This document shows positions 51,216 to 64,000 of a stretch of 64,000 nucleotides of DNA, one piece after another (position 1 is the first letter of the stretch; the number at the start of each line of letters is the position of its first letter). Source of the DNA: Octopus vulgaris (taxonomy: Eukaryota); assembly GCA_951406725.2 (NCBI GenBank), contig OX597833.1:44826001-44890000 (forward strand), given 5' to 3'. The notes under the pieces are model-generated. The model saw nothing but the letters and a program-made list of their open reading frames with translations. It did not search any database and had not been told where the DNA came from. Position numbers and translations under genes: made by a program.

Positions 51216-53970
51216 TAACTTTTGTACAAGAACGTATGTGTGTGTATGTGTGTGTGTCAGTTACCCAGACATAATACACTTCAATTTAATTTTGAAATAT
51301 TAGCGATTTTCTTTTCTTTTAGTATTGTAATATAGAAAAATTGATATAGTATCGGTTTAAATTGAGTTGGAAGTAATTAAGATCTTTCAGGGATTGTTAA
51401 GGGCATTGGGGATAAAAATTAAGATTAAAACCAAACGAGACTCTTCATAATCGCTACACCTGTTAAGAACAGTAGTTTGGTTTCAGCTAATACTCTACAC
51501 TAGCTGGAACGTTTTCGATCATAGGTTTTCTCGATAGAGTATGAACTGAAGCTAAACAACTGAATGAGGGAACCTACAAAGGTTCATTTGATCTGCTAGA
51601 AACAGTAGTAAAATCTTCCTTAAACTACACCCTTCCGTATTAAAATATAAAAGATACATCAAATAATGTAATTCCAAATACACTATATAGATGAAGAAAA
51701 GATAAGATGGTCACATTTGCAACGCTTTTCATCAAAGGGCTGCTCAAGCAGGGCTGACCTACAGATAAACAACCGGGACTCGGGGATCAGCTGACGAGGA
51801 ACCGAATTCCACATTTATTGCACAATGTAAACATGAAATAAAGCAAACAAGAGAAAATGATTCTTAGAGTTTCAGAAGTCCAATAATTAAACGTTACTAA
51901 AATGTAATCAAAGTAACATTTTTAAGAAATTGAAGAAGCATGTTAAATTTAATTTTTAACCGTATTCTTTGAGATTATGTATAAATAATAATATAATGAA
52001 ATATTTAGATATTCCCTCCATTGATTTCTCAAATATCCAAATTTTATTCCAAATATTAAAGCTAAAACTTGAATATTTAATGGAATACAACTCATATAAA
52101 AGGGAAATTGGATATAACACACATACATATGCATAAAATGTGATGTGATGTGATGTGCCTTCAAATATCAGATACATCAAGAAAACTTGCCACGTATATA
52201 AAATATAAAAATAATAGAGTAGTTATACACAGAAAGCTGCGGAGAAATTTAAAAAATCACGCACTACAACTCTAATGAAAAGGGGCGAGTGTAGTTCACA
52301 AATAAATCAATAGTGATAAATGAATCGTATAATTAATTACCTTTTTTTTTTTTAATTATTGTCAAGTAGGTAAAAAAAAATCTAAAGGAGAAGGGAAATC
52401 ACTCTGATAGTTTTGGAAAGGATACGGTAAGTTAACGAATCACTTAAGAAATTAAGGAATCATGCATTCACATTCCTGTGTCAGAAGAAAAAGAATTATC
52501 ATTGAAACAGATTCTTTATAATTTCATTTTTAAAACTGGCCTTTGTCAATTTTAAGCATGGCTGGGTGGTTAAGATGATTGCTTTGCAGTCACTTTGTTT
52601 TATGTCTAGTTCTACTGCGCCGCACCTTGGACCGACTAGTGTCTTGTGAGTGAATTTCGTAGACGGAAATTGAATGGAAGCCCGTCATTTGCTTACGTTT
52701 TCGGTAGCTTAGCTGTTTGGCCAAAGACCGACAAAAAGTACTGGGGTCGATTTGTTCGACTAAACCCTTCTCAAACAATGCCCAAGTATGGCTACAGTCC
52801 AATGACTGAAACAAGTAAGAGATACAAGATTGCGTGGTAAGTAGCTTGCTAACCAACCACATGGTTCCGGGTTCAGTCCCACTGCGTGGCATCTTGGGCA
52901 AGTGTCTTCTGCTATAGCCTCGGGCCGACCAATGCCTTGTGAGTGGATTTGGTAGACAGAAACTGAAAGAAGCCTGTCGTATATATGTATATATATATGT
53001 ATGTGTGTGTATATGTTTGCGTGTCTGTGTTTGTCCCCCCACCATCGCTTGACAACCGATGCTGGTGTGTTTACGTCCCCGTCACTTAGCGGTTCGGCAA
53101 AAGAGACCAATAGAATAAGTACTGGGCTTACAAAGAATAAGTCCCGGGGTCGAGTTGCTCGATTAAAGGCGGTGCTCCAGCATGGCCGCAGTCAAATGAC
53201 TGAAAAAAGTAAAAGAGTAAAAGTATATGACACTTTGGGTAAGTGTCTTCTACTATAGCTTCGGACCGACAAAAGCCTTGTGAATGGATTTGGTAGATGG
53301 AAACTGAAAGAAGCCTGTCGTGTATATATATGTGTGTGTGTCTGTATTTGTCCCCCCATCATCGCTTGACAACCGATGTTGGTGTGTTTACGTCCCCGTA
53401 ACATTAGCGGTTCGGCAAAAAAGACCGATAGAATAAATTTGCTCGACTATAGGCGGTGCTCCAGCATGGCCGCAGTCAAATGACTGACACAAAATTTAAA
53501 AAATACAACGATTGAGAAGATCTAAACAGGAATGTCATGGACCTTCTCAATATTTTTACATTGACTCCAGTGTCCAACTGGTACTTATTTTATGACCCCG
53601 GAAGAGATAAAAGGCAAAGTCGACTGCGGCAACATTTGATAAGCCGAAGTAATACTGGTTTCAATTTTTGGTACAAGGCCAGCAATTTCGAGAGAGGGGT
53701 AAGTCCATTACATGGATCCCAGGACACAACTGGTATCTATTTTTTTTTTACCCCGAAAGGATGAAAAGCAAACTTGACCTCGGCGGAATTTGAACTCAGA
53801 ACGACGAACGGATGAAATACAGCTAACGATTCGGCCAGCTCGCTACCTTAAGCCTAAGTAATGATATAATACATGTAACTTACAAAGTAGATATACACAC
53901 AAGGCTGGTTTAGCTATTTCTCCATAAATTGAAAAAATTATGAACGACTTTCGATATTTTTTTCTGTATA

Positions 53971-54027
53971 CAGACAGACAGATAGATAGATAGATAGATA
54001 GACAGATAGACAGACAGACAGACAGAC

Positions 54028-54087
<60 letters not shown>

Positions 54088-54096
54088 GACAGATAG
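53971..54096. repeat. (GATA)n/(GACA)n tetranucleotide repeat
   Basis: Directly visible. Confidence 0.97.
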
Positions 54097-55891
54097 AAAC
54101 AGAAAAAAAGTAACACATACTACAAGTTTAGCATAAGGTACGTCAGGACATGCAACTATATGTACCAGTATACGTACACAAAGCTAAAACACAGGTCTGC
54201 ACATGCATCGCCTCCCAAACACTTGCATAAATACATACAAACATGCTCAGCTTCCCTATTGACGTTTTTGAGATTCTAATCAAAGACGCTTGGGTCCAGG
54301 TTAGAAACTTGTTCTTTCTCTTTAAAAATAAAACTAAATAATCCTCTCCGCTATAGGCACATTGCCTGAAATTTAGAGAAGAGGCTAAATCGCTTAGATC
54401 GACTCCAGAACTCAACTAATACTTATTTCATTGACTTGGAAAGGATAAAAGGCAATGCCGACCTCGGGGAAATTTGAACTCAGAACGTAAAGGCGGACGA
54501 AATGCCGCTAAGAATTTTTGTTCAACGAGCTAACGAGTCTACCAGCTTACGTACATATATTGCTCGTTCGAGTTTTTGTGTTTTCAATCATCAGTCGTTT
54601 ATCCTCCAGTGATCAGAACCTCAAACGAGAAACGATTCATGAAGTACTAATTTGCAAAAGAATAAAATATATCACTCTACTTTGAATATTGAGTACTCTT
54701 TCTCTTTCTTCATCATACATGTTTTCACACGTATTCACAATCATGCATATATACATATGTGTGTACTATGTATGTATGTATCAGATAATACAAAAAATAT
54801 ATGCCGAAAAATATTTCTATCACTTCCCCTAAAAATCCTCTAAAATCTGCCTTTAGTTTACCTTAAGATATGCCAGGCACACCAGGAGAATAAAATTGCT
54901 TAAAGTTCAAAGAATGTGTCTTTTAAACATAGAATAAATAATTTCGATCTCATTTCTATTTTCAGTAAAAGATAAACTGAAGAACAGGATTGCTGTTTCA
55001 CTAACTAAAACCGAAACCTTTTATGAATTTTAATCCATTCATTTATATATTTCAGTGGACTTATAATCACTTCCACGCCCCCTCGCTAGAAATATTGTCT
55101 GACAGAAAAAAAAATAATAATAATAAAGAAACGTAGATAAAAAAAAAAAACAACACTAAGTGAAACTTACACAGTAAAAGAGAGTATACGTAAATCTGTA
55201 GTTAACACGCACCTGATGTATCTATGACAACAAATCCTAAGGAAGAACTATGAACTCATAGAGTTACGGGACCTTAATCTGAATCTCCTGTCAGCAGAAG
55301 TGGCTTCGATAAAGTACGGCGATGGCCGAGTAAGTGATTATATTTTGTTAAACATTTTATAGTATCTTCATTTTATGTACATATATTTATATATATATAT
55401 ATTTATTATTATATGGCGGTTGTTAATATAGAATAGTGTTTTATTCTTTCTGTTGGGATAGGAAAGCATAATCTTATAACCCAATTTAGACAAACATACC
55501 TGTGATTAGAACAATGTTTATTACACCTGTGTAGAATAGTTTTGTTATTTTTCGAAACGTAGTTAGCTTAGGCTTCAGTTTGAGACCAACACCAAAGATT
55601 ATATATATATTTAAATATATTGGTAAAAACGGTAAGATAACAAAAGAAAGAAAGAGACCTCAATATTATGTAAATAGAGGAAATTTATCTGTAAAATAAT
55701 ATGTACAATTATCTTGACTATTGAATAATTGTACATTTTATTTTATAGATATATTTAAATATATATATATAAGCAAAGGTAAAGAAAACTCACACCACCC
55801 GTTATATAAATATATATATATTCAACAATTCTTTCTCACTTGACCGCTGGTGGCGGACAATTTTTCTTGAATTTTTTGCTACCCTTATATT

Positions 55892-56059
55892 GATATATAT
55901 ATATAAATATATATGTATATATATAGATATATATGTATATATATAAATATATGTATATATATATAAATATATGTATATATATATAAATATATGTATATAT
56001 ATATATATAAATATATGTATATATATATATATATAAATATATATGTATATATATAAATA

Positions 56060-56103
<44 letters not shown>

Positions 56104-56340
56104 TATAAATACATATGTATATAAATATATAAATACATATGTATATAAATATATAAATACATATGTATATATAAATATATAAATACATATGTATATATAA
56201 ATATATAAATACATATGTATATATATATATATAAATACATATGTATATATATATATATAAATACATATGTATATATATATATAAAATATATATGTATATA
56301 TATAAATACATATGTATATATATATATATATATATATGTA
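55892..56340. repeat. AT-rich compound micro/minisatellite
   Basis: Repeating tatataaatacatatg-type units. Confidence 0.95.
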
Positions 56341-56476
56341 CCAAATTACTGGAGTCATTCTTGTTGCTCATTTTTTGATTATAATCACTCCGCAAGTTTT
56401 TATGGATAACACCATACTAAATTCTGGTGCATCTAAATTAAGTACCATATTTATTTGAATCGAAATTGTTGCTGAA

Positions 56477-56547
<71 letters not shown>

Positions 56548-57889
56548 ATCATGTATCAGATAATACAAAAAATATATGCCGAAAAATATTTCTATCACTT
56601 CCCCTAAAATCCTCTAAAATCTGCCTTTAGTTTACCAGGCACACCAGGAGAATAAGATATAAATATGATATTTTAATTATATCATTTAATTCATTTACTG
56701 AAATGGATCGAACGTATTTTGATGATTCAGTGTGACAAAATACCACCCCACCTAAACATAAAGGCGTTTGTCGATAATTCTGTGTTGTTTTTAGATTAAA
56801 TTACGATACTAAAATTTGTTGTGACATTCTTCGAGTTTCCTCTGTTTACCACCAGAGGGCCTCTAACATGGCTGTCTAGCATAATTGTTTGGGTTTCCCT
56901 GAACATCAAGTCGTTGAGAAACCACCGATGGCTTTTGGCTGTCATATTCAGATCAGCGTGGTGCAGTTTGTCCTTCTTCAAGATTAATTTGTAGGAAGAA
57001 TTTGTATCAGACGTGCGAACTGACAAACACGAGTCAATGAATGAGTTGCTATTTCAGAGCTTATATTTCTCGCCGAGGTTGACTTTGCCTTTCATCCTCT
57101 CGGGGTCGATAAATTACGTACCAGTTACGCACTGGGGTCGATGGAATCGACTTAATCGCTTTGTCTGTCCTTGTTTGTCCCCTCTGTGTTTAGCCCCTTG
57201 TGGGTAGTAAAGAAATATATTTCTCTGAATTTACAACCGGATAGTGTTTTTATTAGTATCAGGACGTTGACTGCTATTGACTGAATTAGAAAATATAAAC
57301 AGGAACCAAGATAAAATTGAGACTCGAACGTCATTAAATTTTCTAAGGAAACAAACAATACTGCTTCAGATCTATTTAAATTATACATTTAACAATATTG
57401 TTTGCTTGGAAGTTGCGCTGAGAATGCTATTTTTCGAGAGTTTCCATGCGGGCTTTCTTGCTTCGTCGCCTGTACAAGAATCTGGCGGGGTTACTGTTGT
57501 ATTGGATCAAAGACTATAACGGTTGTTATTAATTTAAATATAAATATTTGAAGTACCGGTGCTTGTTTCTTTAGAGAATTTGATGACGTTCGTTTTGGTA
57601 TTGTACTGTTATTCTAGTTTGTATTTACTTACCGAACATGGCATACATGTGGTGTACGCACGTGCAGGCCACACACATACGTATATGTGTACGTACGTGT
57701 GTATGTTTGTACATACCTGCGAACGTACGTAGAAGACCGTAGTATACACGCACAGACACACACGTTCTTTTGTTTCAGTCATTTGTAAACACACTAACAT
57801 CGGTTTACAAGCGATGATGGGAGTCAAACAGACACACACAAGCAGTTTTTTTTTTTGTTTTACATGTTTCAGACATGCCACTGATGCCA

Positions 57890-57905
57890 TACACACACAC
57901 ATATG

Positions 57906-57948
<43 letters not shown>

Positions 57949-58375
57949 TATATGTATATATATATATACACACACACATATATGTATATATATATATACA
58001 CACACATATATGTATATATATATATATATATGTATACACACATATATATATATACACATGTATATATATATATATATATACACACATATATGTATATATG
58101 TATATATATACACACATATATATGTATATATATTTATATATAGAGATATATACACACATATATGTATATATATATATATACACACATATATATGTATATA
58201 TATATATACACATATATATGTATATATATATATACACATATATATATATATACACACACATATATATGCATATATATACACATACACATATATATGTATA
58301 TATATACATATATATACATATATGTACATATATCCAAATATATATATATATAAATATACATATGTATATATATAC
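57890..58375. repeat. Compound (TA)n/(CA)n microsatellite
   Basis: Directly visible. Confidence 0.95.
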
Positions 58376-59426
58376 AGGCGCAGGAGTGGCTGTGTGGTAA
58401 GTAGCTTGCTAACCAACCACATGGTTCCAGGTTCAGTCCCACTGCGTGGCATCTTGGGCAAGTGTCTTCTGCCTTGTGAGTGGATTTGGTAGACGGAAAC
58501 TGAAAGAAGCCTGTCGTATATATGTATGTGTGTGTGTTTGTCCCCCTAGCATTGCTTGACAACCGATGCTGGTGTGTTTACGTCCCCGTCACTTAGCGGT
58601 TCGGCAAAAGAGACTGATAGAATAAGTCCTGGGGTCGATTTGCTCGACTATATATATATATACATATGTGTATATATATATACACATAGCTATATATACA
58701 TATACATCTATATAAAATCAAAATAAGCAACAAGGATATCCAGAGATAATGCAGCATGATCGTTTCATGCAATTCCATTTAATAGAACAATGCAATCATT
58801 ACATCAATTTAAAAGCAGAGCAATCCTCAGCTGTTCAAAAATTTAATTAAATTAAAACAGATGGATACATTAGTATAATTTTGCCTAAAATCTTCAAGAA
58901 GTTAAGGCGATAGACAAAGAACATGCTGCCTTCACTCCAGCATAGAAGCTACTAAGGAATCAAGAAGATATACATTGTTACAGACTCTGCCTGTCACTGA
59001 TTTTTTGTTGTTATGGGGGTCAGTTTTAATTTATAGACTAGTTTATCAAATCCTTGTATATCTAAGGCTGGGAGAACAAAGGGGCAGTATCTGTTAGGGG
59101 TAGGTTCTGAGGGAGCAGACAGAAATCATAGTTGGTATAGTCATAAAAATCAAGATTTATTTGAAGCAGTATCATGAGGTTTGGTAACGGAAAACCTTAA
59201 AGCAAGATGTTAGCTGACAATTAAGCAGGTTGCCCACTAGCAGTCATTGATAATCAAACAAGGGAAGTCTTATCATGTAGTCCTATAGTTACAATATTTT
59301 AAACAATGTTGCTTTATTGTATAGTTAAAGTTTAGGGTTATTCATAAGATTATTAAGAAAAATATTATAACAAAAGGATAGAAATTTTTGAATACTTCAG
59401 AGTATATACTCTAAAGTATTCAAAAA

Positions 59427-59870
59427 TTATAAATCATATATTAGAGCTTGCGTCCACTCTAGTGGAGTCTTCAGATTGAATTTTTTCAGGAGATTCGTCT
59501 CTTTTTATAGTATTATTGTGTAGGGGTGGAGAGAGATATAGAATAGTAAAAGAGGGTGAGGTATAGGGAAAAAGTGCATGTGCTTGTCTTTGTATCTGAA
59601 AGAGGTGTCAGTGGAAAAGAAGGAAAGGAAGAGAAGTATAGAAGTAAACACATTTTTTCTTCTTTCTCTCTTCCTTCTTCTCTTTTCCATTGCACTTCTT
59701 TCAGATACAAAGGCACACACACTCTCTCCCCATTCCTCACCCTCTTTTACTATCCTATATCTCTCTCCACCCCTACACACTCAGGAATACAATAAAAAGA
59801 GACAAATCTGAAAAAATTCAATCTGAAGACTCCACTAGAGTGGACGCAAGCACTAATATATGATTTATAA
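59427..59870. repeat. Long fold-back (~180-bp arms)
   Basis: ttataaatcatatattag...gtcttcagattgaatt pairs with aattcaatctgaagac...ctaatatatgatttataa; inner purine/pyrimidine arms also pair. Confidence 0.88.
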
Positions 59871-59921
59871 AATCATGTAACATATTCATAAATATGTGTA
59901 TAAATATATATATACGTATAG

Positions 59922-59954
<33 letters not shown>

Positions 59955-60001
59955 CACACGTATAGGTGTGTGTGTATATATATATATACATATAGATATA
60001 C

Positions 60002-60032
<31 letters not shown>

Positions 60033-60403
60033 CATATAGATATATGTGTGTGCATATATATATGTATAGATATGTTTGTACATATATATATATATAGATA
60101 GATATAGATGTGTATGTATGTATATATATATATTTACATATAGATATATGTGTATATATATATTTATGTATAGATATATGTGTTTGTATATATATATGTA
60201 TATATCGAAACGTTAAAGACTTGTTTTATTTATATTTCCTGAGCGCCATACTAATACAATTGTTTGTTTGTTTTCCACCTGCCTTCGTCTTTTGTCTATT
60301 TTCATAAAGCTTCCTGTTATAGATATGTGTGTATGTATATGTGTATACATATACATCTATATCTGTATGTGTGTGTATATATATATATATATATATACAC
60401 ACG

Positions 60404-60912
60404 TTAATTACTAAGAGTATATCTATTTTAATTAGTTAATTAAATAATTGTTAATACAATGCATTTAGTAAAAAATGCTTCTTCAGGGATTCCGGCAAAA
60501 TTCTTAGTTACATCATTTAAAAATATTTATATACTAAATCATTAAAATCGTTATTACTATTATGAACACTAAAAAATATAAAAAAGAAAACAAATTTTTG
60601 TTTTCTTTTTTTTTTTTAGCATTCATAATAGTAATAACGATTTTAATGAAGAAGCATTTTTAACTAAATGCATTGTATTGACAATTATTTATTTATTTAA
60701 TTAGCTAATTAAAATAGATATACTCTTAGTAATTAAGCAGAAGCATGTCAGAAAATCATTTATTTATATGGATAAATAAATAAAGGATTATTATATCTGC
60801 TTCATTTTGTCGGGACTACATTAAGTATTTGAACTGGAATTATTACTATATGTGGTCAGAACCAAATTCGAGACTGAATTGATATCTACCTGGACTTTTC
60901 TCCCTACTTTGT
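60404..60912. repeat. Fold-back with asymmetric bulge plus tail between (TA)n tracts
   Basis: 60404-60484 pairs with ~60647-60736; inner arms ~60539-60595 and ~60596-60649. Confidence 0.85.
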
Positions 60913-60984
60913 TATATATACACATACATACATATACACACATATATATATATATATATATACACATATATACCTATATATATA

Positions 60985-61031
<47 letters not shown>

Positions 61032-61044
61032 TCTATATATATAT

Positions 61045-61289
61045 AAATAAATAAGGATAAGATCGTTAATTTTAAAATAAAATAACGATTTTATCAAGTG
61101 GTCAGCATGGAAAAAATAACCTTCAGAGGTAATAATTATTAAAATTATAAATTAGGGTATCTACGAGATACCACCATGCTGAAAATAGCAGCCATGATCT
61201 GACTCTAAAACGTGGTTTTAGAGTCAGATCATGGCTGCTATTTTCAGTATGGTGGTATCTCGTAGATACCCTAATTTATAATTTTAATA

Positions 61290-61292
<3 letters not shown>
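61045..61292. repeat. Tail plus near-perfect ~78-bp-arm hairpin (3-nt loop) between (TA)n tracts
   Basis: 61134-61211 is the reverse complement of 61215-61292. Confidence 0.9.
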
Positions 61293-61329
<37 letters not shown>

Positions 61330-61449
61330 CGGGAAGCTTTATGAAAATAGACAAAAGACGAAGGCAGGTAGAAAACAAACAAACAATTATATATTTACAC
61401 ATATATACATGCATACATATGTGTGTGTGTGTGTATATATACGTATGCA

Positions 61450-61780
61450 TGTGTATATGTAGTGTGAGATAATTGTTTCACTTTTAATAGTTTCACTATG
61501 TATATATTATATACATTTGAATGAAATCGGTTGGGTAGTTCTCAAGTTTTAGTGATGCACACATACAAACACATATTCTCAGTTTTATATATATACTAGC
61601 AGCATAGCCCGGGTATGTAAGAGCCCTTAGTAGGCAACGACTAATCCCAATCTAGTCCTTTCCCTCTAGGGAACGAAGGCGCATGTGTAGGTTGCAATGT
61701 CTTCTCTTCACTCCCAAATAACTATCAAACAGCTATCGATAATTCAACCCAACCAATTCCTACCAGGAAGAAATTACATT
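61450..61780 (-). mobile_element. Two abutting Helitron-like fragments (3' CTAG end at 61596 joined to the 5' end of another)
   Basis: ctagcagcatagcccggg resembles the 24522 terminus; the preceding cacatacaaacac...ttttatatatata resembles the opposite ends of the other two Helitrons. Confidence 0.5.
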
Positions 61781-62147
61781 CCCAGTGCGTTACTAGTACT
61801 TAATTTATCGACCCCGAAAGGATGAAAGGCAAAGTCGACCTTGGCGGAATTTGAACTCAGAATGTAACAGCAGACGAAATACGGCTACGCATTTCGCCCG
61901 GCGTGCTAACGATTCTGCCAGCTCGCCGCCGTCTCATAAACACATTCTACTAGTATACGAAGTTTAAAAGTGTTTAGTTAACTAGAAATTGTGTTGACAT
62001 CTACCGTTCAAAAGGAAAAGATATATATATAGTGTGTGTGTGTGATTGATAAGATAAGTACTAGACTTTAAAAAAAACTTTTAAATAAGTACTGGGCTCG
62101 ATTCGTTCAACTACAGTTCTTGGCGGTGCCCCAGCGTGGCCAAAGTC

Positions 62148-62776
62148 GGATCTTTTCCTTTTGAACGGTAGATGTCAACACAATTTCTAGTTAACTAAAC
62201 ACTTTTAAACTTTGTATACTGGTAGAATGTATTTATAAAACATCATTTTCTCTTGGTTTTATTGAGAAAATTCTTTAGTTTGTAAGATATTTCGTCTGAA
62301 AATCCAAGCATTTCGGCAATTTTAACCAATCGATTACCTCCATTCAACTAAAATCATTTGCTGCGTCTAAAACTGAGACAACATCCTGTAACTAACCCTA
62401 AACCTCCCCCTAACCCTAACTTTTTTTTCTTAATTGTTAAATTAATTTAATTCCATTGCTTTAGTTTTTTTACACGCGTAACAATTAAATTAATTTAACA
62501 ATTAATATAAAAAAATTTAGGGTTGGCGGGGGGGAGGTTGAGGGTTAGTGACAGGATGTCGTCTCAGTTTTAGATGCAGCAAATGATTTTAGCTCAATAG
62601 AAGGCATAGGATTGGTTAAAATTCGAAAAATTAAACTACGTTAAACAAACAAATTACAATTTTCTCAAGAAAGCCAAGAGAAAAAAATGTTTTATTTTGA
62701 CACATTCTACCAGTATACGAAGTTTTAAAGTGTTTAGTTGACTAGAAATTGTCTGCCGTTCAAAAGGAAAAGATCC
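62148..62776. mobile_element. MITE with long TIRs (GGATCTTTTCCTTTTGAACGG) and 8-bp TSD, inserted into a SINE
   Basis: TSD ccaaagtc at 62140-62147 and 62777-62784; near-palindromic throughout. A lone terminus of the same family sits at ~61940-62022 and a related fragment at ~420-540. Confidence 0.88.
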
Positions 62777-63719
62777 CCAAAGTCTAATGACTATAGCAAA
62801 TAAAAGAATACACATACACACACACAGCTAATTGTGACATTACTGTTACAATTGGTTTCTCATTCTATGTTAAATTTATTCATATCCAATACTTGAAGGT
62901 GTGAAAACGCACACAGCCTTAATGTCACTGCATAATGATTTCTCATGGAATACTTTCATTAAACTACTTGAGGATGGGAGCTGTGGGAAGCTGCAACACT
63001 CCGGCTGATGCTTCTTGACAAAGGCATTGACTCAAAACTCGACTGTCAGTTTAAGTCAGATGAATTTTCCTTGCTATTTCACAGCACTGTTATTCATTGC
63101 ATCAGATCTTGTATTCTAAAGAAGTGGGAATTACATTATAACAAATTTATATTCATAGGTAGAGTGAAGTTAATATATTGGTGGTAACTATACATTCAGG
63201 GGATTTGTACCCTCTACTACAGGCAAGTAAAATATCAGTTAATGCTATACCTAAGAGCATTAACATGATAATTATAATGATAGGAAGTACCCCTGAAATT
63301 AGAATATAGACTGCTTTGGGTCATTATTAAGTTAGAATTACTCTCCTGCACACTTAGCTTATTGACAGCAAATAACCCCACTTTACATGTCTGATGGAAT
63401 TAAGTTCCTTTTAATCCTTTTCCTTGCTTTGTACTTGAAATAATAAAATTGTTGATTATGTTTAGAGATGTAATTGTGACAAGTGCCAACATTGGAGGTT
63501 TAATATTGTTGATGTTAGGCTTTAAAGGATTATTTTATAGTAATTTTATAATCCTATTATGTGAATGATTATATGTTTATTTTATTATAATAATTATGAA
63601 GAGAGATAACTACTTTAAAATTTGATGGAATTATTTGAGATAATCAAATTAGAAATCACTTAGCTTTAGTTGTATGTCTATTCAACTTTGCATTTCTTGA
63701 CATAAATATATATATGAAG

Positions 63720-63761
<42 letters not shown>

Positions 63762-64000
63762 ACTTTATTTTTTCTTGTGCTTACCTAATTTTATTGTTCT
63801 CAAAAAACCTGTTATATTCTTTCATTTACATATTTTACACACCATTGACCCTGAGGTTTGCCTAACCTATTTATTCTTTGCGATACTTTAGTGCAGTAGA
63901 TATTTTCTAGGAGTTAATATATACATAAAAATTGAGCTAAGAAAGTCAGATTAAGTTTGAAATACACAGACTAGTTTGTCTGGGTTTCTTATTATAGGGT

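Noticed and set aside
56796-57519. Short ORFs in unique-looking sequence as exons of the putative 55322 gene
   Set aside because: The phase-compatible reading after ttag (56794) stops within ~30 codons and nothing resembles a known protein.
63085-63158. Open segment between ttcacag and gtagag, in phase with ATGGCCGA
   Set aside because: Weak donor and unrecognisable peptide; insufficient support.

Overview
AT-rich, repeat-dense animal genomic DNA; the SINE/LINE repertoire and (TA)n load fit a coleoid cephalopod such as Octopus (inference). Three spliced genes were read directly from sequence. (1) PDCD5 exon 1 (minus, 10433-10498) lies head-to-head, ~300 bp away, from (2) a complete 10-coding-exon CCNDBP1/GCIP gene (plus, 10803-31565, 999 nt, 332 aa, all GT-AG introns with consistent phases). 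(3) A complete TRIQK gene lies on minus (44777-47053, 88 aa, probable non-coding first exon near 51.1 kb). The rest is mostly mobile DNA: RTE LINEs (one family carries an internal C4HC3 PHD-like finger), CR1/L2-type 3' ends, several tRNA-derived SINE families, non-autonomous Helitrons, and MITEs of piggyBac, Tc1/mariner, hAT and 8-bp-TSD types. The most unusual signal is a set of sequence-diverse fold-back (inverted-repeat) insertions, mostly at (TA)n tracts. Several carry hammerhead-ribozyme cores (CUGANGA...GAAA), including one tRNA-headed element with a hammerhead tail, consistent with non-autonomous Penelope-like retroelements. Repeat coordinates are approximate; no alignment or folding software was run.
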